From contig OZ024740.1 in NCBI GenBank assembly GCA_964016885.1, positions 306,528,001 to 306,592,000 of the forward strand: a stretch of DNA of 64,000 nt. The letters are read 5' to 3'. The stretch's first letter is position 1; each line of letters starts with the position of its first letter. Of the stretch, positions 29,775 to 41,462 are shown piece by piece. Source of the stretch: Eledone cirrhosa (taxonomy: Eukaryota). Below the pieces are notes generated by a model. That model searched no databases. It saw only the letters and a program-made list of their open reading frames with translations, and was not told the DNA's origin. The translations under genes were made by a program, and so were the position numbers.

Positions 29775-32700
29775 GTTATTATTATTATTATTATTATTCC
29801 TTGAATCTCAGTCATTGATGTTAGTTAACTGGAAAGTCCGTTGGAATGAATATCAAGCCACTACCTGCAGCCTCAGATATTCAGGACGTATCGGAGGGTT
29901 CTTGCTGTTCCCAGCAAGCATGCCTTTTGAAGCGTTCCAAAAAGCGTGAAGGGGCCGATTTTCTTTAACCATCCCTGGAAACTTTTGGAGATAGTCCCCA
30001 GTGCGCCTATGACAATCGGGATCACTTTGACTTCATGGCAGTTCCAAATCCTTTTTACCTCCCACTTTAAGTCCTGGTATCGGTTAATTTTCTCCCTCTC
30101 CTTCTCTTGCACTCTCGTGTCGAATGGGCAGGCCACATCCATAATCAGACACGATCTTTTTTCTTTGTCCACAACCACCAGGTCAGGTCTATTGTGTTCC
30201 AGTTTTTTGTCCGTCTGTATCCTAAAATCCCACAGCACCTTCACCTGACTGTTCTCCATCACCGCCTCTGGCCTATGCTCATACCATTTCTCAGAATGTG
30301 GTAGATTGTTTACTTTGCACAGGTGCCAGTGGATCACCCTGCCCATCACATCGTGTCTCCAGCCCTTATAGTGGGTCTGGGCTAGGTGTTTACACTCGGA
30401 CACAATGTGAGCCACAGTCTCCTCTCTCTCTCCACAGATCCTGCACAGTGGGCTAGCCTCCTCCTTGTAGATATGGTGCTTCAACCACTTCGTTTTGAGG
30501 GCCTGCTCCTGCGCAGCCATTAGCATTCCTTCTGTAGCCTTTTTGAGGTCTCCTCTTCTCAACCAGTTCCATGTCTGTGGATCTCTAAATTCAGTTTTCT
30601 CAAAGAAGGTACTATGAAGGGATTTTCCCTTAAGGCTGCTCTTCCTCCTTGATGTTATTTCCTCCTTGGATATCCCCTGGCCTACTGTCCCCTCCTTCAG
30701 TACAGCTCTGAGCATTGGCTCCTTACTATAGGTCACGTATTTGTATAGGTTGTTTTTCTCCATCTGAACACAGTCCTCTATGCTGATAAGACCTCTTCCA
30801 CCCTCAGATCTCCTTAGGTAGAGTCTATCGACATCACTCCTCTTGTGGAACATGTTGTAGATAGTCAATAGCTTCCTAGTCTTCCTATCCATTTCTTTTT
30901 GTTCAGCAACATTCCATCTCAGAATTCCCGCACTGTACCTAATAATAGATACAGCTCGGGAATTTACTGCGCTTATGGCATTTCTGCTGTTCAGATGTGA
31001 CTTCAATACGCTCCTTACTCTCCGAATGTATTCAGTTCTTAACAATTCCTTCATTTTTTTGTTCTTTATGCCATCAGCCTCCAGAACGCCCAAATACTTG
31101 TATCCTTCCTCAGAGTCAATTTCCTTTATCATCTCACCTGTTGGTATCTGGATCCCGTTACTTCTGCTCAACCTACCCCTCCTCATCACAATGACTCCAC
31201 ATTTACCAATACCAAACTGCATACATATATCACTGCTGAAAATACGGACAGTGTCAACAAGCACATCCAACTCCTTCTCACTTTTCCCGAAGAGCTTAAG
31301 ATCGTCCATGAAGAGGAGGTGATTGATGGTAAGCTCTCCCCTTCCCAACTTGTATCCTGCTCTCACTTTTCGCAGCATAATGGTCAAGGGCATCAGGGCA
31401 AGGACAAACAACAGAGGGGACAGGCTATCTCCCTGGAAGATACCTCTCTTGATCTTCACGCTTCCCAAGGATACTCCAGTTGATGTCAACTCTGTCTCCC
31501 AGGACCCCATACTCCTGCCCAGCAACTGTCTGATGTTATCTGCCACCCTGAAGATCTCCAGGCTTTTGGTGATCCAGGAATGAGGCACCATGTCAAATGC
31601 CTTTCTGTAGTCTATCCATCCCATGGCAAGATCAGTGTGTCTCCTCCTGCAATTCCCCATTACCATCTTATCAATAAGCAACTGGTCCTTTGTACCACGT
31701 GACTTCTTTCGGCATCCTTTCTGTTCGTCCGGCAACAAGTTGTTTGTGTGGAGGTGATGGTAGATTTCCTCAGACACAATGCTCGTCAACAGTTTCCACA
31801 TTACGGGCAGACATGTGATAGGTCTATAGTTGGTAACATCATTACCCTTGATTCGGTCTTTCATTATCAGAACTGTGGTACCTTTTGTCAACCACTCTGG
31901 CACCTCACCCGACACCAAGCAGTCATTGAACATGGCCGTCAGCTTCGGGTGGAGGGATGTTAAATGTTTAATCCAATACCCCTGCACACCATCTGGGCCT
32001 GGTGATTTCCAGTTGGTTAGTTTTTTGGCTTGCCCCTTAAGAGTTTCAACTGTGATGCTCAAATCAGTCTGTTGCTGTGCCTGCTCACCGATCTCCCTCT
32101 GTACTGTCTCAATCCACCCTGCCTGGGCATTGTGTCTAACATCCTGCTCCCATATTCCTCTCCAGAATGTTTTAGCTTGTTCCGCCCCAGGGATCAAGTC
32201 GTTGCCTCTTTCTTTCCCCTCAAGCTGTCCAAACAGCATCTTCTGGTTGTTGTCGAACATGCGGTTCTGTTTATACTGACTGACTCTGTTCTCGTATCGC
32301 CTGATTTTGGCACTCTTTGCTACAATGCGTTGCTTCAATTCCTCTATGATAATATTTAGCTTTTTACTCCTAGTTTTGTATTTTATTTCCAGTCTATTTT
32401 TAGTGCCTATGTTTTTTAGTGTCCCATTCAGTAGTGACTCAAGCTTTCCTATTTCATTTCTCATTTCCCCGATTTGCCCACTCAGTCGCTTCTTCCACCA
32501 CGGCTCTGCTCTTTCTTGTCTGTTGTTTCCTCTCGCTTTTATACCAAGTAGTTTCCTCACCGTATTTGCTGTTGCTTTGAGGATATTGTTGCACTGGTGA
32601 AGACTCCTCGCCTCAAGGTATGGGATGACTTTGTTTACCTTAGCTGTTGTTTCTTTTAACTTTTTCCTGTCTACAAATCTTAGGTTCATAGGTCTCCCAC

Positions 32701-33390
32701 TATCATTGTTCAACTCATCTACCACTAAATTTAGGATGTCAACCGAATCTTGTCCCAGCCCGTCAGCATTCATCTCCTCAGTGGCCGTATCTCTGTTCCA
32801 GGTATTATTTATCTCAGTATTCAGATCATTGTCTGCTTCGGGTGGTTCCTCCGTTCTCAGGACCTCCTCACCTTCATTTCCCGCCGGCTCGCTTGTCTGG
32901 CATACTACACCCGCCATCTCCAAGCCATTCTCTCTGCTCAGTTCCTCCAGTTCCAGCTCGCTTATCCACCCATTAGTTCTTATTACCCGAGCCTGCCCGG
33001 CCAATTTTTGTTCATCTAATTTAAATAAACCAATCTCGTTCCAGATGTTATGCATCCGTCTCCTGTAGCCCCTCTCCTTGGGGTTACTTTTCAGGTAGCA
33101 TTGCATAACAGTTCTATTCAATTCTTTCGTCCAGTTGGTTCTGGCCCCTTTCCTTCTTCTTCTTCCTCCAACATCAGCAGTATTTGGTTGACAGTCAGGT
33201 TCCTGCTGCTGAGCCAGGGGGCACCTGTTGGGTGAGAGTCTGTCACATGACGTTCTAGTCTCCATTTCACCGTTATTCGAACTGTTTATGTTCGATATTT
33301 AAACACTCTTATCGAGGATTGGCGAATGTATGTTTACATAGCCATCTGTGGATCCGCCATCCCACTTGGCCCTTGTGTGGCATTATCACC
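29742..33390 (-). mobile_element. R4/Dong-like non-LTR retrotransposon, apparently full length
   Basis: Single intact ORF, ~75-nt 3' UTR and (TAA)n tail at 29742-29797. The 5' boundary is approximate. Confidence 0.88.
29873..33265 (-). CDS. RT + CCHC zinc knuckle + restriction-like endonuclease polyprotein (1130 aa)
   Basis: KSPGPDG, NYRPITCL, WIDYRKAFDMV, GIFQGDSLSP, LFMDDLK, YKYLG; CRIC..EETVAHIVSEC; RHD; RPDLVVVD...IMDVACPFD...EKINRY. No internal stops. Confidence 0.95.
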   Translation of the reverse strand: METRTSCDRLSPNRCPLAQQQEPDCQPNTADVGGRRRRKGARTNWTKELNRTVMQCYLKSNPKERGYRRRMHNIWNEIGLFKLDEQKLAGQARVIRTNGWISELELEELSRENGLEMAGVVCQTSEPAGNEGEEVLRTEEPPEADNDLNTEINNTWNRDTATEEMNADGLGQDSVDILNLVVDELNNDSGRPMNLRFVDRKKLKETTAKVNKVIPYLEARSLHQCNNILKATANTVRKLLGIKARGNNRQERAEPWWKKRLSGQIGEMRNEIGKLESLLNGTLKNIGTKNRLEIKYKTRSKKLNIIIEELKQRIVAKSAKIRRYENRVSQYKQNRMFDNNQKMLFGQLEGKERGNDLIPGAEQAKTFWRGIWEQDVRHNAQAGWIETVQREIGEQAQQQTDLSITVETLKGQAKKLTNWKSPGPDGVQGYWIKHLTSLHPKLTAMFNDCLVSGEVPEWLTKGTTVLIMKDRIKGNDVTNYRPITCLPVMWKLLTSIVSEEIYHHLHTNNLLPDEQKGCRKKSRGTKDQLLIDKMVMGNCRRRHTDLAMGWIDYRKAFDMVPHSWITKSLEIFRVADNIRQLLGRSMGSWETELTSTGVSLGSVKIKRGIFQGDSLSPLLFVLALMPLTIMLRKVRAGYKLGRGELTINHLLFMDDLKLFGKSEKELDVLVDTVRIFSSDICMQFGIGKCGVIVMRRGRLSRSNGIQIPTGEMIKEIDSEEGYKYLGVLEADGIKNKKMKELLRTEYIRRVRSVLKSHLNSRNAISAVNSRAVSIIRYSAGILRWNVAEQKEMDRKTRKLLTIYNMFHKRSDVDRLYLRRSEGGRGLISIEDCVQMEKNNLYKYVTYSKEPMLRAVLKEGTVGQGISKEEITSRRKSSLKGKSLHSTFFEKTEFRDPQTWNWLRRGDLKKATEGMLMAAQEQALKTKWLKHHIYKEEASPLCRICGEREETVAHIVSECKHLAQTHYKGWRHDVMGRVIHWHLCKVNNLPHSEKWYEHRPEAVMENSQVKVLWDFRIQTDKKLEHNRPDLVVVDKEKRSCLIMDVACPFDTRVQEKEREKINRYQDLKWEVKRIWNCHEVKVIPIVIGALGTISKSFQGWLKKIGPFTLFGTLQKACLLGTARTLRYVLNI

Positions 33391-33837
33391 ACGCTGTATA
33401 CGGACACACATAAACAAACAAACACACGGGCAGAAAGGGCCCCAAAAATGAATAAGCATAAGTTTCATTGTAATGTAGTATTCGAATGTCTGACTTAGTT
33501 TTTGTTTTTTAAGTTTTACTTTTTCCCCCCTCTTCTCTGTCCGTCCGCCTGCTTCTCTCTTCATTCTTATTTTCTTTACGTTTTTGGGGTTTCTTTTTTT
33601 GTTTTTGTTTTTCTCTGTTTGTTTTTCTCGTTTTTTGCTGTTGTTGCTGTGCTGCTTTTGTTGTTTGTTTTTTCTTTTTTCTTTTGAGTCTATCTATATA
33701 TTTTGATGCCTTCCTCTTTGTTAGTAGTAGGAATTCTATAATGTGGAAGTGGCAGCCAGCTGAGACTGGCGGCGTTGGCGATACTGAGACAGTGGTGGTG
33801 GTGATGTCGATACCGAGGCATGGTGGCGGTGATGCGA

Positions 33838-34477
33838 CCGTATTACTGTAGTGATGGTGCTGTAGCGGTGGCAGCAGCAGTGAAGGAGTCAAGGGGTGGT
33901 GGCGGCGGTGATGGGATAGTGGTGGTAATGATGGCCGTAGTGAGCGGTGGCGGTGAAGGTGAAAATGCTGTTGTGTTTAGTGTACACAGATGATGGGGTG
34001 GGTGGTGTATCTAGTTTCTGGTGTTGGTGAGTTTCGCTGTCCTATATAGTGTAGCCAGAGGAGAGGAGGGGGGGGTTCTTCTTCTTTCATTTATAGCCAT
34101 TTTATTTTTTTTTATATACAGTGTACAATACAAAGTTGAATATTTGAATATTTGAGCCGTATTACTGTAGTGATGGTGCTGTAGCGGTGGCAGCAGCAGT
34201 GAAGGAGTCAAGGGGTGGTGGCGGCGGTGATGGGATAGTGGTGGTAATGATGGCCGTAGTGAGCGGTGGCGGTGAAGGTGAAAATGCTGTTGTGTTTAGT
34301 GTACACAGATGATGGGGTGGGTGGTGTATCTAGTTTCTGGTGTTGGTGAGTTTAGCTGTCCTATATAGTGTAGCCAGAGGAGAGGAGGGGAGGGGGGTTC
34401 TTCTTCTTCCATTTATAGCCATTTTTTTTTGGATATACAGTGTACAATACAAAGTTGAATATTTGAGTATTTGAGCC
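33838..34477. repeat. Tandem duplication of ~320 bp
   Basis: ccgtattactgtagtgatgg...tatttgagcc repeated at 33838 and 34157, nearly identical. Confidence 0.95.
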
Positions 34478-34898
34478 TTATAACAATATATTTTGGGTCC
34501 GAATTTTTTGGGGGCTCAAGCCGGGTGCTTTACGTAGCATTTGTACTAAGAGTTGTTATTTCACAAATGATTTAAATATGTTAAAAATTCAAAACTTACG
34601 GGAGCGATTTCATGACCTCCGTCACCTCGTGCGTCTTCTTCTTCTTCTTCTTCTTCTTCTTATTATTATTATTATTATTATTATTGGCGACCTACGTAGG
34701 AAATCGTATTATCGTGAGCTCCGCAAAGGTTTGTTGTTTTCGTTTGTTTAAAATTGCCATTTATGGAAAATTTTTCTTGTTAACTGTTTATGAGGTCACA
34801 AAATTTGCTTTCGGAAAAGGACAGTCAAAACGATTGGGGCCTTGAGCCCAAAATTTAAACTTTTATAATTATCAAACAAAAAATTTCTTTGAAAAATC

Positions 34899-36995
34899 AT
34901 GGACGACTCACAGCCACATCTTCCTCACAAACTAACACCTCACACCGACACCACCATTGTAAATATTACTACGTTTGCCAACACTAAAAATATAAGCAGT
35001 AGCAATAATTTAAATTTGTCTCATGCAGACATTCATTTCCCGCCATTATCAATGACTGCAGGTGTTGAAGCCGCCACCCCCACCACAGCGACAACAGAAA
35101 CAAAAGAAAAAAATAAATTATCTCGTGACATCGAAATGGATTCACCCAGAATGGACTCTTCCACACCGAACACCACTGACGCCACCACCACCACAACTGA
35201 AACTAAAAATAGCAATAACAAAAATAACGATAACAACAAAAACAACAACAATGAGAATAACAAAACCACCGTGTCTTTTGCCAAAGCAGCAAAAAAGTGC
35301 GAAGCAATCCAGGTAACCCAGGAGGAATTAGATGAAGCCAAGAGAATGGTAAAGAAAGATGGGTACAGGGTCAGCACCCCCCCACACACACACACCTAAT
35401 AAAATGGAGCATCGGCGCCTATGCACCGTGTCGATTAACGTAAAATTGCGCCGAGTGGAACGGGCATCCGAGTCCCAAATACAAAAAGCTTTGGGACATG
35501 TGTGGGCAAAAAAACCCCACATCAGACGTGGGCAGAAATATGGAACCGTGGACGTGTTCTTTGGAACACCACAGGAGGCCAGAGTGCACTCCATGGCCCC
35601 ATTAAGAAGCGACGACTTCACACTAGTCCCAAGCTATTGTGGCCAGAGACTCGTAAAGATCAGGGTGACCCACGTTCCACCGGCCATCGAAATTCCCTGG
35701 CTAATGGCTGCCGTCCTCGCCGGCATCGAGGCCAACACCAAAATAATAGAAATAGCAAAAGAAAAGCAGGAGAACTGGTCCGGATCTGGGATGGAGCTCC
35801 TGATCCAAACGGATCAAAAAAGCATTGAGGAGTTCCCAGAGGTAATAGACCTCACTGACGGCAGCCACCTCACCGTAATCGTCGAGGGTAGAAGGCCTAG
35901 GTGTGTCGTTTGTGGTGAAGGAACCCACCTAAGGGCTTTCTGCCCTCAGGCTAAAAAGTTGAGGCCACCTCTCTTACCCACCCCAGTGACCCAACCATCA
36001 ATACCACCAGCAGCAGAAATGGCAGCAACAACTGTAGCAGCAACAACAGAAGCAACTGTAGCAGCAACAACCCCAGCAACAGTAGCAAAACCAACACCAC
36101 CACCACCCAATGCGACAGAACTAGCACCAGCGCCTACACCATCCACCACGCCACAACCAAAACCAACGCCTGTGGAGGATTTTCCACTCCCCGACCTATC
36201 GCAACTGGAGACAGATTGTGACGACGAGGAGTGGGAAACGGTATCAGGAAAAAAGAAAAAAAGAAAAAGAAGCCAAAAAAGAAAAGATCCTCTTCCTTCT
36301 GCCTCCAAAAACAAAATACAGAAGGAAACAAATAAACTATCAAACAAAAAAGTTAGGACAACTATGCCACCATCCACACCAGCATCACCAACCCCATCAC
36401 CACAAACACCAACACCATCACCATCATTAACCCCAAAACCACCATCACCAACACCACAAAAGTCACCAAAAAGCGAAACAGAAACAAACCCACAACAAAC
36501 GCAAACAAAACAAAACAACCAAAACGATACACACTACGCAGCATGTGGATTGGCAGTATCGGTAGAGGGTCGGACGCCATGCTTTCCAGCATAGTTACGT
36601 CCCTTTACGATCTGAGTTCAAATCCCGCCGAGGTTGACTTTGCCTTTCATCCTTACGGGGTCGATAAAATAAAGTACCAGTAATGCACTGGGTAATTTCT
36701 GGCCTTGTGCCTAAAGTAGAAACAATTAAATTTGAACAACAACCAACTATTACACTACATCCAACACAACACCAGCATCACAGAAAAAGACTACACAACA
36801 CCCCAAATGTCCACACCACCTCCACACATACAAATCACTCGCATCACACAGAACACGTACACGACACTAAAACAAAAATTCCCCAAAGACATCGGAGACA
36901 AGCACTCTCCAGGAGGATTTATAAGGACATCCTTCCGGAGGAGACCACAAGCAGTGAAAAGGCTGAAGAAACCATCCTTCCTCTACGAGAAGTAA
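34899..36995 (+). pseudogene. L1/Tx1 ORF1 (zinc knuckle, Pro/Thr-rich, basic patch)
   Basis: VEGRRPRCVVCGEGTHLRAFCP (CX2CX4HX4C) and WETVSGKKKKRKR; frameshift near 35390; interrupted by a SINE. Confidence 0.8.
36546..36728 (+). mobile_element. SINE family A inserted in ORF1
   Basis: Consensus match; 5' end coincides with that of the 11730 copy. Confidence 0.9.
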
Positions 36996-37034
36996 GGTAA
37001 GTGGTCTTTCCCATCTTTTCCACTCCATTTCAAC

Positions 37035-40000
37035 ATGACCTCACTCAGAATAGACAGCATAAATGCGCGTGGCTTGGGGTCGTCATGGAAGCAGGCCACC
37101 TGCTCAACGACCTCAGGTCACTAAACGTAGATGTAGTGGCCATCAGTGAGACCAGATTCTCCGAAGCATGGGCCTTCGCACCGATCTTCGGCGGCTACGA
37201 TGTGTACGCATCTCCCAGCCGTCCTGGATCGGGGGAGGAGTTGCTGTGATTTTTCGGAGAGGTTTGGATCTCGCTATACGGGCCATCTTCCTGGACCCAG
37301 AAGGTAAGTTGTTGGTGCTGGACGTGACCAGCGGAGACGGGCAAGCTTTCAGGCTAGTTGCCGTCTCTGCCCCGACAGGAGCAGGGCGGTCTGATTTCTT
37401 CCGGCGTCTGGAGACCTTTCTTGGAACGTCCCGCTCTTTAGTGTTAGTGGGCGACTGGAACGGGATCTTAGATGCACGCTGGGACTGTGTGGGATTAGCG
37501 GATAGAGGAGGTGGGTGCAAGGGCCTCACCAACCTGCTCAGGCGTTTTGAACTGGCTGACAGGTACCGATTGGATTTCCCGAATGTGCCAATGTGGACTT
37601 GGACAAACCGCATCGAGTCATCCAGATCATATCTAGATAGAGTATTTTGTAGGGAAATAGTTAGGTCTAGCATAGGCTGTCCACAATTCAAGATAGTCAG
37701 CTACACGGACCACAAATTCGTGATCTGTGTGCTTGACTTAGATATGCTTCATAGACGAGGACCCGGCTACTGGAAGCTAGACGCGTCCTTACCAGCGCGC
37801 AATGCCTACTGAGACCGGATTAGCGAACTAGTTAAGCGGGCGTTGACGGGGGCCATCGTCAACAACAAGTGGAGGTTTGCTCTGAAAAGAGCGATTAGAA
37901 TAGAGTCCATGAGGTTTAGTAAGGCTTTAGCAATAGAGAAAAATAGAGCAGAGCGAGAACTAGTTAGAAAATTAGACGAGGCGCTTAGCAAAGGCATCGC
38001 GACCAACGTACTTGCGGCGAAATAGGCCCTTGACCAATTCTTCAATGCAAAGCACGAAGGCTGTGTTGTCAGAACTAGGGTGCGTGCTCTCAAACACGAG
38101 GGGACGAAAGCCGTTCAATGGGCCCGAGTGACGGAGGCGCGTCGTGGCAACAAAGCCACGATCTGGTCTTTGGTGGACCACGACGGGCGCATGCTACTCG
38201 ATCCCGGGCAAATGTGTGAAGCTTTTCAGCGACACTTCGCTCAGCTGTTCGGGGACAGCGGCGGGCCGGATCGAAGGATGGACTTTAGTGTCTACCTCGA
38301 CGGACTGCCACGGCTCACGGCCACTGAGGCGGAGTGTTGCGAAAATCCGATAACAGCCGCTGAAGTACGGGAGGCAATGACTGGCTGCACAAGGGGTAAA
38401 TCGCCTGGTTTGGATGGTCTGCCCTATGAACATTACCTACAGATGCCAGACTTGTACGGAGGCCTCTTGGCGGACGTCTACTGCAACTAGCAACAGAACG
38501 GGAAAATTCCCAGCTCTGTGAGCCGAGGAGCGGTGGCGCTGCTGAGAAAGGATCCGAACAAGGGGGATAACATAGATAATTTCAGGCCCATAACTCTGCT
38601 AAACACAGAGTTCAAGATTTTGGCCAAGGTGCTAGCAAAGAGGTTGGCGCTTGTCGTTGGTGGTCTGGTGGGAGAGGCGCAGACATGCACCATTCCCGAC
38701 AGATCCATCCACGACAATCTCCACCTCATGCGATACATCGTGGAGAGGGTAGCTAGGGAAACTGGTACGGGTGGGTCCTTGATCAATTTAGATCAGTCGA
38801 AAGCTTTCGATAGGGTCGACCATCGTTACCTAGCGGCAGTCCTGAGGGCGGCTGGCTTTGGGCCCGTCTTCAGAGGCTGGATCGCTGCCATGCACAGCGA
38901 CATCTGCTCTGTGGTGAGAGTGAACAGTCACCTTTCGGAACCGTTCAACATCATGCGTTCGGTCCGCCAAGGATGTCCCCTCTCGTCCCTCTTGTACGTA
39001 TTGACTCTCGAGCCATTACTGCACAAACTGGAGACGTTGAGGGGGACCCCGCGCGAACTAGGATGCGGAAGATCCGTGTCAGCATATGCGGACGATGTCA
39101 CCGTAGTGGTGTCGAACGCCAAACACATCGAGGCGATCGGCACTACACTAAGAGAATACGAAGCGGTGACAGGAGCAATGATCAACCAGGAAAAGTCAGT
39201 GGGCCTGCAGCTAGGCACCTGGAGAGGCAGGTTTATGCCGTCCAACAGCGTCGTCGGGAGCTGGACGGACGGACCGGTTAAATTGCTAGGGGTCTGGTTC
39301 GGTCCGGACCTCCAGACGGACAAAAACTGGGACGAGGTGACGAGCAGGGTGGCTTCTCTCACCCAGAAATGGGCGGAGAGGAAGCTATCCCTGAAAGGTC
39401 GAGCGGAGGTGGCTAACGCGTACATCGCATCCGTCATCTACTACCGCCTGACCGTCGTACCTTGTCCTAAGCCCCGCCTGACTGCGCTGGAGCGTTTGCT
39501 CTTTCGCTTTTTGTGGAAGGGACGCGCTCCGATAGTCAGGCGGTCCATCTGCAGTCAACACCCGCTACGTGGAGGGCTGGGAATGCCGTGGCTGATGATG
39601 CGCAGACACGCGCTCAGGCTACGACATCTCCACCTCTTCCTCGACGGTGATCAGGTGTGGTCGCCGTTTGCTCGACACGTCTTTCCCCAGCTCGTCTCCT
39701 TGACGGAGCTGCAGTCCTGGGTCAAGCGAAGGCCGAGAGGGCGCGCTTGGAGACTGGAATGTCTTCAGGCGCTCACAGCCCTCGACCAATCGGGCAATGT
39801 GATCGGTGGAAACTCCACCTTGGCGTTCTATAAAGGATTAGTGGAGGGGAAGAGTGACGACGTACTTGGAGAAACTCTAGGCGTCGACGAAAATCAACTA
39901 GCTAATCTCTTCGGAAGGACTTTCGCGCCGGGGCCTATGGACAACTTCCAGAAATCCCTGGCCTGGCAGTGCTACCGAGGAGCTTTGCCAGTTCGGGATA

Positions 40001-40452
40001 AACTCTACAGGCATGGAGGTGCCGTCAGTCGGGTATGTCTGAGATGCGCGCAGGGCGACGAAACCGTCCTGCACGCACTCGTCCAGTGTCCGAGCATTGC
40101 TGACTTGTGGGTTTATGTCGAACACCTGCTGTCACGTGTAGGACGGATCCAGCTATCGGCTGAGTCCATCGTGAGGATTGCCCCGCCCTCTTCCTTTAGC
40201 CGGGAAAGGCAGGCAGTTTTTATCTGTCTGGTGGCCATGGCGAAAGAGATAGTATGGTGGACACGTTTGAAAGGGCTGAAGACGAACACTTACCTCTTCG
40301 GTGATGCCCTGATTAACTTTTTCAAATTTCATTTGAAAAGGAAAATCAGGGTAGAGAGGGAAGTGCTCTCTTCCCAGCATTTTGTTGAAAGATGGGTGAG
40401 AGAAGCAAGTATGGCCCGAATGAATGGGCCTTCTCTGAGTATGTGTCTGTAA
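37035..40452 (+). pseudogene. L1/Tx1 ORF2 (APE endonuclease + RT + C-terminal Cys/His motif)
   Basis: DVVAISET, LVGDWN, SYLDRV, TDHK, PGYWKL; KSPGLDG, NFRPITLLN, LDQSKAFDRV, RQGCPLS, AYADDV; CLRC...ETVLHALVQC. Premature stops at ~37810, 38023 and 38488 and a frameshift near 37240. Confidence 0.93.
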
Positions 40453-40722
40453 ATTAAAGGTGGAAAACTGGGAGAGGGCACTTGCCCTGGTGGTCAGGGT
40501 CACTGTGGTCTTTTAATGGGCTTTCTCCACAAATGTCCCTCGGAAGTCTCCCCCCTATTGGGGAATTTTTCTTTGTTATTTTATTACATCCTCTGTTTTT
40601 TTTACACGCAGAAATGCCCATTTGTACCGTCCTGTATTGTCCTGCACTGTCCTTAATGTCTACTTTATGTAAACCCTTGTGGTTAATAAAGAAATCATTA
40701 TTATTATTATTATTATTATTAT

Positions 40723-41462
40723 TGTTTTTATTTTCTTTCATTATTGTTTCTGAGATATATGCCGAGTGTCTTCCTGACACCTAGGGCAAATAAATTCACA
40801 GTGTTCATTGGTAAGCCAGTTAATACAATACATTGATTATAATAAAAAAAACAACAACAAAAAAGTATATATATAGACATGTGCATATGCATATGTAAAT
40901 ACAAGGAAGGATATCAATCTTACAGAGATAGTGCTCTTCTCAATACGTGTGCAGTACCAGTCAAAACAATGTTTTGCATCTCGTGCAGAGAGGGTAAACC
41001 AGGAATCATTCGCAAATATTGTTCTGTTCCTTTCTTGATCATTCTCAGTTCTCCCACAATCACTGGTATTGTAACGGCCTTGAGGTGCCACATTTTCTCA
41101 ATTTTAATAAGCAGATCTTTATATTTTCGTAGCTTGTCAAATTCTTTTGTTGCGATATTGTGATCACATGGGATGCTCATATCTATCAACAAACAGACCT
41201 TGTTATGTTGATCTTTTACAATGATGTCAGGTCTATTTGCTTTTATGGTCCTGTCAATATGTACAGGAGAGTCCCAGAGAATTGTTACTTTTTCTCCTTC
41301 AGTTACAGCCTCAGGGTGATGATTGTACCACTTGTCTTCAGCTTTGATTTTGTAATGCCGACATATTACCCAGTGTAAGATATTGGCCAACTCTGTAATG
41401 TCTATATTTGTATTCTATTCGTGCTAAAACTTTACATCCAGAGACTAAGTGATCCACTGTTT
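40723..41462 (-). pseudogene. R4/Dong-like 3' relic (endonuclease domain)
   Basis: ETVDHLVSGC..., ILWD, NRPDIIV, LIDMSIPCD, KLRKYKDL; its (TAA)n tail is shared with the L1/Tx1 tail. Confidence 0.88.

Larger units (their letters stand above)
34686..40722 (+). mobile_element. L1/Tx1-clade LINE, near full length, disrupted
   Basis: 5' UTR, gag-like ORF1, APE-RT ORF2, 3' UTR with AATAAA; (TTA)n on both sides. Confidence 0.92.

Noticed and set aside
33310-33400. HDV-like ribozyme at the R4 5' end
   Set aside because: A TGGCGGAT/ATTCGCCA stem exists on the minus strand, but I could not place P1/P1.1/P3 or the catalytic C.
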